In this document: positions 1 to 13,420 of the stretch, piece by piece | How positions within the stretch are numbered: the stretch's first letter is position 1 | Layout of the letters: every line of letters starts with the position of its first letter | DNA from: Phoronis australis | Lineage: Eukaryota; Animalia; Phoronida | Reading direction: 5' to 3' | DNA: 64,000 nucleotides | NCBI GenBank assembly: GCA_002633005.1 | Contig: NMRA01000237.1 | Coordinates: forward strand, 186,001 to 250,000 | The notes under the pieces: generated by a model | The model's database searches: none | What the model was told of the DNA's origin: nothing | Seen by the model: the letters and a program-made list of their open reading frames with translations, nothing else | Program-made: the position numbers and the translations under genes

Positions 1-3000
1 ACCTGCCCAAAGAGAGTCTTACCAGTGAAAACGAACTTGATGTCACAGAAGAAAATTTAGATCATTTTCCTGAGGTTCTTGAAGACATACCTTCAGAAGA
101 CCGTGTTGATGTTAAGTTTGATGGAGTTGATATTTTTCCTCAACAATCAAGTCTCGTCCATGAACAAGCTGCTCATGTCACATCAGAGGATTCTGATCAT
201 GTTCCTGACGTTAAGGAGGATGTCTTGGCAGAAAAGCAGGTTTCTGTGGAATTGCACACATCTACATCCCACACTGCTGAACCTTCTCATACAAAAGCAA
301 TAGAAGAGAGTCAAGTGCTTGTTGAAAGTGAGATGTTTGGTGCTGTTTGTGAGGATAAAGTGATTGAACATGAAATGATGGATGAAACAACGCAAGCTGA
401 AAGGGTTTTACCTAGGGAGTCGCTTGTGGAGGAAGCAGGTGAACATTTTCCTGCTGAGGACACCGAGGACGTTCTTGAAACACCTCAAGATATCACTACT
501 GAAGAAGAAATTTCTGTTCATCTAACTAGTGCTGACAAAGAACCTGAACAACCTGCTTTTGTTAAAGAAGGTGAAGAAACTGTTACCAGCGACCAGGCAG
601 GTGCACTTGCTGAGCTGAATACTGATGTCACATCTGACAAAGAAATACCTTATGAATTTGAGTTTGTCCAGACAACAACTCCTGAAGCAGCGTTTAGTGA
701 AGAACAAAGTGAAATTTTACCATCTGATGATACTGTTGACATTGACCATCCTTGTCTTGATACGACGTCTGAACAAGAAGTTTCCATTCAGTACTCTTCC
801 GCTGAACAGTCTCGTTTGGAGGCATTTGCTAAAGAACAGCGCGAAGTTATTGTAGCAGATAATGTTGTGCCTGTTGATTCCCACGTTACGGATACATCTG
901 CTGAACAACACATTAGTGTTGATCTTGCATCTGCTCAAAGAAGTGAATTAGAAGCAACTTTTACTAGAGAGCAGGAAGTACGAACTACTGTTGATGACGT
1001 AACACATGTTGAAGGACCAACTGAGGATGTTACCACCGAGCACCAAGTATCTATAGAATTGTCTTCTGCTGAAAAATCAGCTGCTTCGGAGTCATTTACA
1101 AAAGAACATGAAGAAGTAATCTCTACAGAAGATATAGCTTTGATTTCAGATTCGAGGATCGATGCTTCTTCAGGACAGGAAGTTTCTGTGGAATTAACTT
1201 CTGCTGAGAGAATAGCTCTTGAAGAGTCATTTACAAAAGAGCAACAAGAGGTTGTACCAACTGATGACATTGTTCCAGTTGCTGAAGCTAGCTTTGACAG
1301 CACTTCTCAACAGGAGGTCACTACAGACTTATCATCTGCTGAGAAACCGCATTTTGAAAAGTCAAACACGAAGGAGCAACAGGTAGTTATAGCAACTGAT
1401 GATATTGTTCCAGTTGCTGAACACAGTGCTGATGTCACTGTAGGACAGGAGGTTTCCGTGGACCTTACTTCAGCTGATAAAGTACCTCTTTTGGAATCTT
1501 TTACAAAAGAACAGCAGCAAGTTATACCAACTGATGATCTTGCTGCAGTTGCTGAGCACATTGCTGATATAACCTCTGAACAGGAGATTTCCGTGGAACT
1601 TACATCAGCTGATAAAGCTCCTCTTGTGGAATCCTTTACAAAAGAACAGCAGCAAGTTATACAAACTGATGACCTTGCTCCAGTTGCTGAACATGGTACT
1701 GATATCAGCTCTGAACAGGAGATTTCCGTGGAACTTGCTTCTGCAGATAGGACACCTCTTTTGGAATCCTTTACAAAAGAACAACATCAAGTTATACCAA
1801 CTGATGATCTTGCTCCAGTTGCTGAACATGGTACTGATATAACCTCTGAACAGGAGATTTCCGTGGAGCTTGCTTCTGCAGATAAGACACCTCTTGTGGA
1901 ATCCTTTACAAAAGAACAGCAGCAAGTTATACCAACTGATGATCTTGCTCCAGTTGCTGAACACAGTACTGATATAACCTCTGAACAGGAGATTTCCGTG
2001 GAGCTTGCTTCTGCAGATAAGGCTCCCCTTGTGGAATCCTTTACAAAAGAACAGCAGCAAGTTATACCAACTGATGACCTTGCTCCAGTTGCTGAGCACA
2101 GTGCTGATATAACTTCTGAACAGGAGATTTCCATGGAACTTGCATCAGCTGATAAAGCACCTCTTGTGGAATCCTTTACAAAAGAACAACAGCAAGTTAT
2201 ACCAACTGATGATCTTGCTCCAGTTGCTGAACACAGTACTGATATAACCTCTGAACAGGAGATTTCCGTGGAGCTTGCTTCTGCAGATAAGGCACCTCTT
2301 GTGGAATCCTTTACAAAAGAACAGCAGCAAGTTATACCAACTGATGACCTTGCTCCGGTTGCCGAGCACAGTACTGATATATCTTCTGAACAGGAGACTT
2401 CTGTCGAACTTTCATCAGCTGTTAAAGCACCTACTGTGGAATCATTTACAAAGGAACAAGAGCAAGTTACAACAACTGATGATGTTATTCTGGTGGAAGA
2501 AGCCAACACTGATGTATCTTCTGAACAAGATGTCATTGTGGAGTTAGGATCTGCTGAGCAAGTTCCTCTTGAAGAATCATTCACAAAAGAACAACAGAAG
2601 GTGACACCAACTGATGATGTTACTCCAGTTGCAGAGGAAAGTACTGATGTCACTGCTGAACAGGAAATCTCTTCTGACTTGTTGTCAGCTGAAAAAGCTA
2701 CTACAGAATCATTTACAAAAGAACAGGAAACTAACATTCAGTCTGATGACGTGACAGAAGTAACAGAAGTCGGCACTGATACGTCATCTCAACATGAAGT
2801 TTCAGTCTCATTAGATTCAGCCAGTAAAGAAGATCAGACAGAAACATACAGCAAGTTACAAGAAGAGCATACAGAAGCTGACATAACATCAGATGTTAAA
2901 TTGCTAAGCTCTGATGTAACTTCAGGGCAAGACATAGTTGTTCCAATGGAATCAGCAGATGAAGGGCATCTTGAAGAGTCATATACCAAAGAACAAGAAT

Positions 3001-4308
3001 ACACCTTTTCTGTTGAAACTGTTGAGAATGTCTCAGGTGTGACCCATGATGATTCAACAAGCCATGATATTACTGTTGATCTGAGCAAGGCTTCTAAACA
3101 AGGTCAGCACGAGACACTTTCAAAGGAGCAGCTTGTAAAACCAATCACCGATGAAACTCAGGAAATACCTCACGTTTCAGAAGATATGCCCTCTGAGCAC
3201 AGTGTGAGTGTTGAGCTTGAACAGGCTTCTACTATGCCTCTTGTGGAAAGTTCAGTGAGGGAAGAACTGCAGCCTGATGCCCCTGTTGAATCTGCACCCT
3301 TTTCTTCTGAGTCAGATGACGAAATTGATCAACCTGCTGAAATTATGGTTGAGTTAGAGGTTGCAGCCACGCGCACCCAAGAGGAAACCCGAGCCCAACC
3401 ACAGTCAACTGAAACTATCTCAGAGCATGTATCAATGCACCCTGAGGAATCTCCAGAAAGACTGCAAGCTGCTGATGTTGTTCAGCAGTATGGAACTCTT
3501 GTTCACCAAGATGCTCCTGAGGCCCTTGTTCAAGCTCAAGATGTCCCTGTAGCTCTGGCAGAAGATGTTGAAACATTTGCTGATGACGCATTGACAGTTA
3601 TTCCAACAGAAGCACTGAAACCAGACATTCTGTCTGAAATTGAGCTTACAAGGGAGGAGTTTAAGACTAAACCAACAACTTTATCTACCTCCCAAGAGAC
3701 TGTCCAGGAAACTCAGGAATATGCCATACATAAAACAGAGCCGGACACTATTGATGTCAACTTGTCAACTGCTGAAATGAGACCTGAGCTTGAGTCAAAA
3801 CTGCATGATATTAACCAGTTGGAAGTTGACATTCAGAAGAAGACCGAGGTGCAGCAGTTTGCGTCAGAGATTGCCAAGGACATTGTTACGGAAGCTGAAC
3901 ATTTTGTTGTTAGCCAGCAAGTGACTTCCACAAAGGATGTATCTCTGGAGACCACCGAGGATGTGACAGTTACTTTCAAAGAGGAGGAGGTGGTTACAGA
4001 AGCATCTACTGTTCATGTCACTGAGCTGCAGGCTCCAGTATTTGATATACCCTTGTCTGACTTGACAGTCACGGATGGTCAACGTGTCGAACTCGTGTGT
4101 CACGTAAGTGGAGTACCAATGCCAGAAGTGTCTTGGTTTGTCAACAACCAGCCTGTGATGACATCCTCTGACATCGAAACTGTGTATAACAACGGGCTGT
4201 GTGTACTCATCCTCAAAGATGTCTTCCCTGATGATGAAGGAGAGTACATGGTGAAAGCCGTCAGCGAGGCTGGAGAGTGTGTCACCAGTGCTTTCCTCAC
4301 AGTCAGAG
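1..4308 (+). CDS. Giant exon A (5'-truncated): acidic spacer with 45-aa ESFTKEQ repeats, ending in Ig domain 1
   Basis: Frame of ORF 225-4322 is open back to position 3 (LPKESLTSENELD...). C-terminal Ig APVFDIPL...YMVKAVSEAGECVTSAFLTVR. Donor AGAG|gtgagt, phase 1. Confidence 0.92.
1490..2460 (+). repeat. Coding tandem repeat, 135 nt / 45 aa, about 7 near-identical copies, with degenerate copies from about 450 to 3300
   Basis: Unit ESFTKEQQQVIPTDDLAPVAEHSTDITSEQEISVELASADKAPLV. ctcttgtggaatcc recurs at 1621, 1891 and 2161 (2x135 spacing). Confidence 0.95.
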
Positions 4309-4499
4309 GTGAGTTCATATAGACGTAGTACCTCATCATTTTGTGGTAAAGTGCTGAGCAGAACCATGTGATTCACTGATGCAAGTTATTTACATTATCC
4401 TACATTTTTATTGTATTCAAAGCATACTTCATTTTGAGCAGAAATATGCTGAAAATGTCTTTTATGTTCCCATATATTTATATGTGAATGCATTATATT

Positions 4500-6115
4500 G
4501 TCATCCCCGTCCATCTGGCCTCCACTGCTCTATCTCCAAAACCCCTTGATGTATATTCATAAAATGTTGCGCGTGCGTTCCTTTCATGGATGGGACAGCG
4601 TGAGCAAATGTTCGGACAGATCCAACTACCAGTGTACGCCCTAGTGGTAATTTTAGTTTTTTACGTTTACCTCTGTATCTTCAAAGCTCCTCAACGGTTT
4701 TCATAAAATTTGGCAGATAGGCATCTATTAGTGAGATGACGCTATCCTCTTGTTTTGGTGTGGATTCGAGGTATTTTGCACCACCTAGTGGTCATTTTTA
4801 CTGTTTTCGAGTTTGTTTTTTGGCATCCGCCCCTCTGTCAACCAAACCACTCTAAGGATTGTTTTTTGGCATCCGCCCCTCTGTCAACCAAACCACTCTA
4901 AGGATGATTGTGGAAAAAGGCATATATGGTTCCCATTGTGAAGAGGACGGTTGAAGATGATTTTCCGACTACTTCGACCAGTATGGGGCTTCCTAGGAGT
5001 AGTTTGTTTTTGTGCCCATGGCTCTATCTCCTAAATGCTCTACAGGATCTATTATATGAAGCTGACAACGGACGACGACAACTTTCAGACGGATCTGACG
5101 ACCGCTGTGCCTTATAGTGGCAATTTAATTTTTTTCCGTTTTCCTCTGTTTCACAGGAGTTCCTTGACGGATTGTTAAGAAATTTGGTAAACCACTTTCT
5201 ATCAAAGAAATGATGACATTTTCCCGTTTTCGGATGGATTTGATGAGTCCTCATTTTCGGGTGGATTGGACGTATTCTGTGCCACTTAGTGGCCATTTTA
5301 GAAAAGTTTTAGTACGTTTTTGACATCACCCTCTCCAACCACCAAACCACCTGAAGGATCATTTTTAAAATTTGTAGATGCATTGCTGATGAGAATACCA
5401 AGGCTGGCGTTGACATTCAGACGTGTTCATTTACTTTGCCCCCCCCACCCTTTCTTAGTGGCAATTTCATTTTTTTGCATCCACGGCTGTAGGTCATATA
5501 CCGTTTGCGAGATCTTTCTGAAATTTAGCAGATGTGTTCCTTTGGAGATGACAACAGATTAAGGACAGATTCAGACCAATCAAACTACAGCCGTACTCGC
5601 TTGTGGCAATTTTATGTCTTATGTTTGCCTCTGTAACTTCAGAGTTCCTTGATGAAATTGGGCAAGCAAATTTCTATCATGAAGAGGACAGCATCTTTCC
5701 TTTCTGTGATGGATTCGACGTATTCTGCACCAACCAGTGGCCATTTTAATTAGTTTTTAGTCTTTTTTGTTGTTTGCTTCTGTGTCTGCCAAACCGTGCA
5801 GATGACTGACGTGGATTTTCAAACTGGTCCAGCTACTGTGGTGCCTCCTAGTGACATTTTTTACACCCTCTATCTCCTAAACCCCTTGCAAGATGTTTTT
5901 GAAATTTTGCAATTGTTTTCCTATTAACTTGACAGCAGATGGATGGATTCGACTACTGTTGTAGTTCTATAATGGCAGTTTTTTATGTAACTTTGCCTTT
6001 GTATGTTTGGGAATTCTGCATTTGCATATAAGTTGACAAATAATTTTGAGAGACATCGACACCTTCCCATTTTGGATGCGTTTAATGTATTCTGAGCTAT
6101 CTAATGGGCATTTTT
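4500..6115. mobile_element. Degenerate tandem array (about 11 units, roughly 110-200 bp) resembling a Helentron-associated (HINE/DINE-like) non-autonomous element
   Basis: Motif (c/t)tagtgg(c/t)(a/c)atttt recurs near 4641, 4787, 5113, 5286, 5455, 5601, 5735, 5848, 5968 and 6101, each followed by cctct.t.tc... and aaatttgg boxes. Starts with a ccgtccatctg GTCY-like stretch. Family assignment is inference. Confidence 0.55.
4814..4905. repeat. Near-exact 46-bp tandem duplication
   Basis: gttttttggcatccgcccctctgtcaaccaaaccactctaaggat x2 (tggcatcc at 4821 and 4867). Confidence 0.9.
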
Positions 6116-6271
6116 ATTATACAAATAAACACCCATAGAAGCATTTCAACGCTATGTGTTGCTTTTTTTCATTGTTTAATGCAAATTGGGTGCAAAAGTA
6201 AATACTGTTAAACTCAAAATACATAATGTGAATGGAATGATTTTCATTGTTTTTTGTGTTTATTTTTACAG

Positions 6272-6346
6272 TGAACAAAGTCGAAAAGGAAGAGATAACT
6301 TCTGTACAGATGACTAAAGAAGTTGAAACCGTCAAACTGGTGAAAG
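6272..6346 (+). CDS. 75-nt linker exon VNKVEKEEITSVQMTKEVETVKLVK (phase 1-1)
   Basis: tatttttacag acceptor, AAAG|gtaagt donor, open frame with E/K/V/T composition. Not in the ORF track. Confidence 0.85.
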
Positions 6347-7068
6347 GTAAGTGTTTTAGGCCAGTCTGATAATATGTTGATGTGCTCTCTGTTAAACTTT
6401 TTTTCTAAAATATACAGTTATTAGTAGAATGCATGCTTATTTAAACACATAGTTCTTGGGCTGTGAACTTTTGCCCATATTTAAAAGACAAAATGCAGTA
6501 AAGTAACGATTAACTTTAAATGTTAGATGGTGATGAATCAAACTTTGTTTACAAATGTCACTTTGATTTGCAATGTAACATGACTGTAATGTCTATTATG
6601 GTAGTACAAATGACAGTCAAAGCATCGTCTTGCCACGTTATCAGAGTGACTGAGTTTCATGATGTCAAATTTGTTCTGTTAACAATTGATGTACTGCAGT
6701 TTACCGTTATGAGACTGGCACTGTGTAGGAGTGTCTTCCTTAATTGCAACATCTTGTCAATTACATTAAAAATAAATTTTGATTCTGAAGTTATTCTTTG
6801 TGTTATATTGGTTGCGGAATTACATTTTGTGCTTACCCTATTTCTTCACTTATTTTTCTAAACAAAATACTTGCCAAATGTTCATTTTTTCAAAAATCCT
6901 GATTACCAGTTTGCATATAATAGCGTTGTTCTTTTGTGATATCTAGACACACAGCCCATGGTTGTATTGTACTAAAATGTTTTAATTTTCATTTTTCTTT
7001 CACTTATCAGCCATATTGAGTGCTAAGTTGGTGAAGAATTACTGTATTCTCACCTGTGTGTCTTGTAG

Positions 7069-7190
7069 ATGCTGGTGAGGCTCCGTTGTTCATCCGCAAG
7101 TTGGACCATCTTGAGATTACTGAAGGCTACACTGCTGTGTTTGAGTGCACTGTCACAGGACGACCACAGCCTGACATCACATGGTATCAG
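7069..7190 (+). CDS. Ig domain 2, N-half
   Basis: tcttgtag|AT; DAGEAPLFIRKL...ECTVTGRPQPDITWYQ|gtgggt. Confidence 0.92.
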
Positions 7191-7734
7191 GTGGGTATTA
7201 ACAATAGCAGAACAATTTGGCAAACTAGAAAGTATGCAGAATTACATCTTCTGAAAGTGTGCAAGCAATAGGCTGTTTCGTAGACTCAAGACACTTTAAA
7301 AGCACTCGCACTGAAAAGTCTTCACTCAGAGCAGAAACGTTGAATTCTGTCCCATTATTTAGCATACCAACCTCACCGACCAATCCTGTCATTTGTCAAC
7401 CTACGTTGAAGATTTGGTGGTCATATCATTAGTTTTGTGGATATATTGGACCATGGGTTTCACTGCAGTGTTTTTTATCACTGAGTACAGTATACGTTTC
7501 TAGTCATGACTGAGCTGAATGATGTTGGACCCAGAAAGGTTATAACCAATATGATGTGTCTGCTTAAAACCCAGTGAGATTTTTGTTCACGTTTTTCTTA
7601 AACGTTGGATTAAACACCAAGTTATGGCCAGCTTGCCACTTTTTTACTATACTTGATTTCTTTTATTGATTGTTTTCTCCATGGAACATTTTCCTTCCTA
7701 TTAAATGATCATGTGTCTACATTCTTCATTCTAG

Positions 7735-7900
7735 GACCAACAAAAGCTTGAACACTCAGACCATTATGTAGTGCGCTACGATAATGGTGTCTGCACTCTA
7801 CAAATCCCTGAGGCACGATTGGATGATGAGGCTGAGTACATGTGTGAGGCAACAAATTCCATTGGATCTGCGACAACTTGGGCGGAGCTCTATGTCGAGA
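7735..7900 (+). CDS. Ig domain 2, C-half
   Basis: cattctag|GAC; DQQKLEHSDHY...DDEAEYMCEATNSIG...LYVE; A|gtaaga. Confidence 0.92.
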
Positions 7901-9005
7901 GTAAGAACATTCCATTTTGGGTGTTTTTTATTCACTCACTTACTGTAATATTTCACTAGTTTAGGACACAATATAGCAGACAGATGTATTTTTGTCCCCT
8001 TTACGTAGTACCAGTAACGCTTTACCATTTTCAAGCTTTATACCGTAGGTACCGACAGACAGTATTTTGAAAAATTGTGAGCATTCACAACAATGAAAGA
8101 AAACGTTAAATAATGAAAAATAATGTAAATTTGATAGTAATTTTGTTTGAAATTGATGATATTTTACCTAAATCCTGCCAGTTTTCTTGTTCGTTATAAC
8201 TAGCAATATATGGATGTTCTTAATTATGTTGTACAACAAGGAATGTCAAACCAGATTGGTTTTAATACCATCTGACTAATGACAATGATTAACTTACTTT
8301 ATTAGATTATTTGCTAAACTTTCGTTCTTGTTTTCATTTTTGTACTGAGTCAGGTATTCTTTTTCTTCCTCCCAGAAATGTGGGACACCGTCGAAGGTTT
8401 AGTATTGGAAGAATTTTTCCGTCTTGACGTTGATTTGCTGCTAACGTGGCCGAGGTCTAGTGAAAGCGAAACCCAACCTTCTTGATTGCTTGGACTTGAA
8501 GAGAACTGTGTGCTCTTGGCTTTTTCTTGAGTCTTTAATGTTGAAGTATAATGGGAACTACCTGTGTGCTTACGATTTGTAGAAATTAGGCTGTGTTCTT
8601 GTTTTGGCCAATTTTTAGTCTGAAAATTACTTGTTAAACAATCCTTTTTCGGCTTTCGTGTTTGAACTTAGTCAACTTTGTATTGTCTGCTTTATTGTAC
8701 ATTTTGTAAATTATAAGTTTTAATAATTATATGTCTACATTAAAGAATTATTGATTCCATTATACTTTTAACATTGCGTATGTGAATTTATTTCAATGTT
8801 GTGCTGTAATTGGTTGGGTTCACTTTCTTTGGCACCTCACAGGTGTCACCACTGCAGCAAATCAAATTGTGTAAATGTAGTCACATTTCTAATCTTTATT
8901 GAAAGAAAAATTGCATTCTTCACACACGATGATAGTCTGCATATCCATACTTGTTCATGGACTGATGAATATTCGTAATTACACAATTGCTTGTGGTCGT
9001 TTTAG

Positions 9006-9095
9006 AGCCCGAATTGGCTACTGAAAGTGAACCTGTCCAAAGTCAAGTGGTTGAAGTCACACAGAAAACCGAGACGAAAGACGTCCAAACCATAG
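9006..9095 (+). CDS. 90-nt linker exon KPELATESEPVQSQVVEVTQKTETKDVQTI (phase 1-1)
   Basis: ttttag acceptor, ATAG|gttggc donor, spacer-like composition. Confidence 0.78.
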   Translation, partial: SPNWLLKVNLSKVKWLKSHRKPRRKTSKP

Positions 9096-10754
9096 GTTGG
9101 CTTACTGATTGCATGCAGAGTGTTCAGGCTCACCACCAGAGGGCATTCTTCACCTCTCACTCATGTGTTGTTGTTCAAGTCTGTTCGTAGCGACACGTGT
9201 GTCACGATTGGTGTACCAGACCAAGATCTATGTTTTGTTGGAATGTGTTTTCGTTAGTCACCATAGATTGTTTCCATAGCAATGAATTGTGTTTTTATGC
9301 ACCAGTTGCCCTTGAATCCACCCACGTCTTCTTTCCTCCTGTCAAATTCCGTTCTGATTACTTTCTATGTTTTTCTGGTGCTAAAAGTCAAGTCCATGAT
9401 GTTACCAGTAGTGTTAGGTTTGCTACACTTTAATAGCAAGCTAGCAAGGAGTAGATGTGACTTACGTATTGCAAGTTATTGGCTGATAGCTTCAGCTTGT
9501 TCTTTCTGAACAGAAGTGCTTAATTGCGCTTTTAAAAAGTCTGAGTACATTCTTTAATTTATATCATTTTGTGATCCCAGCCTTACAAAGAATCACATCA
9601 GATGTAGCCTTCATGTTGTTTGTAGAGCATGGATTCTTTATTGTGTGTGGATAGGATGTCCTCAGAAAGTAACTTAGGCAGCTGTTTTGCTTTAGTATTG
9701 AGTAGATTTGTGCCATTAACTGTGCCACTGAGAACAGACTTGTCACATACCAAAAGATGTTGGTACTGCATCAAACTACTTTGATGTGTTGAAAGCATTT
9801 GTTAAATCAAACAAATTCATGTTTTGTTTCTATGAATATCAAAGGTGGGAAAATGTTTGCTATTTGGAAATAGTCTGGACTCAGTGGACTTGTTATACTG
9901 AAGGTGAGCAAGGATTAATCAGGGGTGGTCTGTATATTTATTATAGTGTGACTTCAAGCTTTTCTTTGTAAATTATTCTTAAGTTGCTGAAATAAAACTT
10001 CTTGACTGGACTCTCTGTCTTTCTTCATTCCCAATCCTTCCCCTGTCTTTGAAATATATGTGCAAATTATTGTAAATAAAGACGTACTTCGAATGAGAAC
10101 AAATTATCATTATGTGTGCACACCCTTTAACTTATGCTTAGAATCTCTTGTGCTAACTTTAAGTTTATAATTGAAATTTAGATGTCTAGCTGCTAAATTT
10201 CCCTGCCACTGCTTAACTCTTTGCTCACCTGTGAAAATTTAGCCAATCTTGAATTCTTAACAGACTTGTTAGACTATGATTGGACTTGTATGTTAACTGT
10301 TTGATATGTGGTTATATGGTCTACTGTACTTGAAATCATTGCATGGTTTACTCTTGGTTTGAAAAACTTTATTTTATTGGTTCCACTGTTTTGCATTCCT
10401 TTGTTCCTTTGTGGGCATGGTCTTCAACTTGCTGGCTCTTCAGAACTTTGCACATTTCTGCCTTATTTGCATGAAGGTACTTGAATGTGAACAAATAATA
10501 TCGCACGTGGCTTAATGTGAGGCACTGTTGTTTGCGTGTTTGATGTGTGATTTTGTGGAAGTGTGTTCTGGTTCTCAGATACTATGTTCTTTATGTTCAT
10601 GCATTCTTTTTGATCAACATAAAAAACACTGAATCAGTTTGATGGTATGAATGAATTAAGTGGTTTCTTAAGTTTTCAGTTCCCAAAAATATTTATTTGC
10701 TTTGTCATCGGGATTCATATTTGAAAAAAAAACAATATGGCAGTAACTTATTTA

Positions 10755-11130
10755 ATATGCTTTAGGAGCCAAGAAAAAAAGTCAAAATTTGGCTGACTTT
10801 GGAATGTCAGATCTCAGTCTGATGGAATTTATATGGAAGTTTCATATGCTATGCTTTATTCACTATTCTACAAAATGTTGTTAGGAATTTTTTATAAAAT
10901 GTTTAATTTTTGCTTGAAGAGCTATCAACTTTTGTGGTTTTTGGGAAAAAATTCCGGAGTTGCATAAAACAAAACAAAAATAATTTAGAAAAGTGTAACA
11001 GCATTTTTCAGATTTCCCCTTGAATATTTATATCAAACTTAGTTTGGTTATATGGATTGTTTGCTATGAGAGTACCTCTCTTTTCTTGCTGCATTTTACT
11101 AAAAAGACATTGTCTGGTGTCCTATTTTGT
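10755..11130 (+). mobile_element. Diverged copy of the MITE family at 16966
   Basis: taggagccaagaaaaaaagtcaaaatttggc...gatctca...atgctatg...gttgcataaaac...ttagaaa is colinear with 16975-17210. Confidence 0.55.
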
Positions 11131-13230
11131 GGCAGATTGTTATAAAACCAAAATTCAAATTTTACAGGCTTCCTGAGTTCAGAAAATACGCAGTTAATGT
11201 TTACCTCTGAGGATAAGCATGATTTCAGTACTAAGTTTGGCATGACATTCACCCTCTTGACATGATTTGGCAGATAGGAGAGCCATGATTGGCTGAATCC
11301 ATTTTTTATTAATTGATGTCTATGATCATCTTGGTTTTGCATTCAAGAGTTCTGTTATGAGACTGCCACGTACCTTGTTTTGAACTCTCCTCTTCAAATA
11401 TTGCTCTGTCGCATCACATGTGGGTAAAATCTTACAAATTTCGCCCAAAAATGTTTGTCAAAATTTCAATCTTTCCATTCTCCATGGGCTTCTAAGATTG
11501 TTTTGGATACTCCCAATTTGTCGAAAGTTTGTCTGGCGGTAGTCATGGTGCAAAACTTGGATGTGGCAAAACATCGTTTTTATGCTGTATTTGATTTATG
11601 AAAAAAATGAGAAAATAAAATTTCACCTGCCTGCCACATTGTGTCTTACGTGTAAGTTATGAGATTTTACCGTAAGAACATTTTGATCAAATTTTCGATA
11701 TTACAGGAAACATTTGCATCACTTCCTTCGCTACAATTCATATGGTTTGTTTGCACAGATGCCATGTCTCAATTTCCATCAGTGCAACTTTATTTTCAAC
11801 TTCTAATCATCAGTTTTTTCAAGAACACTTTGAACATTATTTATGCTCACTGTAGTGTACATGTGTTTTAGGTGTTATAGAAAATTTGATAGTAAACAAA
11901 TCATTCATGTCTAATGACAAGGCACTTAAAAAAATAATTTTCCTCTCTTATATTCATCCTTGCCAGATTGAATGACGTCTGGGTGATCTTGCTTGTGTGT
12001 TTTGAAAGACTGTGACTTTAGAATGTTGGTGCATGTGTGAAATTGATTACGTTTGTTCATTTTAGATAGACTCGGCATGAGGTTGGTTTGCTGATTGAGT
12101 CACCAGTAACGGTAGTGTCACCAGTTTTAGGTATCATAACTTGGCTTTGATCACCTTGGCTTTTGCTATGTGGGTTGCTTTTAGAATGAATTACAGTTAG
12201 TGCAGGTGGTCCGCCAACTAGCAGTTGAATCATATCCTCCTTAATAAGTGCCCTTTTCAAACTTACTGCTGAGAAACACGCAAAGTCATCTGAGAAGTAG
12301 TTCAGTGGTCAGAGTAAAACGCGTTACCAAAGCTGGAGCCAACGAATCAGTGGTTCGGGTAAATAACGGTCCCAACTTTTCAAAATTTTGTTCGATTCAT
12401 TTCCCTACTCCTGAATTTTGAGTTTCGTAAGAAAATTACTCTACACAGGATCTTCACCACTGGTTGCTTACTGTGTCACCAGAGCCATCTTTTTAACTTT
12501 CTGGCAACAGGCAAAACATTTTTTTTTAAATGTAAATGCATCTTGCATTTATAAAGTGAAATGCTGAATGGTGTACAAACCATAACCAAATTTCACGTGA
12601 CGGGCTGTCATTCTGTATAAGGGGAGGGCCTAACCGCAATATCCTATCAGACCTAAATGACCCTTGCTTCCACACATTTGCCTTTGACAAATGTAAGTAG
12701 TCTGAGCTCGTTATCTGCATTTATATGTGACCTGTTTGAGACCATTTTCATTTGCAAGTTGACAAACGTAGTGTTTTGTTTTGCCACCTACGCTAAAAGT
12801 CCTTTCATGTTTTCTAAAATGTCACATGCAAAGTACTGATACCAGATCAAAACCAAAAGAGCTTTCAGTACTGTTTTGGTGTTTCCTAAATGAGAATACA
12901 CACAAATGCTGGTTTGCCTGGAACCCGCATGTGCACGAGCCAAAGACATTAGAAAAGAACATCACAGTTTGCGGTCACCCATTTTTGATGTCCTGGGTTT
13001 TTTGTTAGCCTGGAAGTGACTAGCATAAGAATGAGACATTTTTTTCATACCTGAATATCGTCTCATAACTTCACACCGAATGTTCAGATTTTTTACTATA
13101 AGGTTCATCGGTGCGGAACAAGCTAGAATTTCAAAAGGAATCCCTTGCCAAGAATTTTTAATAAAAAATGCCTTAATAAACAGTGACTGGAACTTTTGTA
13201 CTGACTGTTCGCAATTTTTTTTGCTCTGAG

Positions 13231-13393
13231 CAGTGGCGGATTTAGGGGGAGGGGGGTGCAAGGGGCCCATGCCCCACCTAAAATTCCCTCAGATTCCATT
13301 TGGCAGTTCGAGGTTGCGAATGTCTGATGGGCAAAATCCTGGCTAATACTCTGCCCTTGACAACCCCAACTCAAAATCCTGGATCCGCCTCAG
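13231..13393. mobile_element. Small GC-rich MITE with CAGTGGCGGAT...ATCCGCC ends (possibly hAT-like)
   Basis: cagtggcggatttagggggagggg at the left end, aaaatcctggatccgcctcag at the right end; ctgag on both flanks. Confidence 0.55.
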
Positions 13394-13420
13394 CTGAGGG
13401 TGCACTTACAGCATGGCCTA

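Noticed and set aside
225-227. ORF-track starts at TTG/GTG (e.g. 225, 18004)
   Set aside because: Artefacts of prokaryote-style ORF calling; these frames are entered by splicing or continue upstream.
1490-2460. Regular repeats superficially like a CRISPR array or a bacterial adhesin
   Set aside because: No unique spacers; the repeats are in-frame coding units inside a spliced eukaryotic gene.
12066-12130. Exon-like stretch TRHEVGLLIESPVTVVSPVL ending at ag|gtatca
   Set aside because: Both available acceptors give stops in the required phase 1; only a phase-0 entry is open, and no upstream exon provides it.
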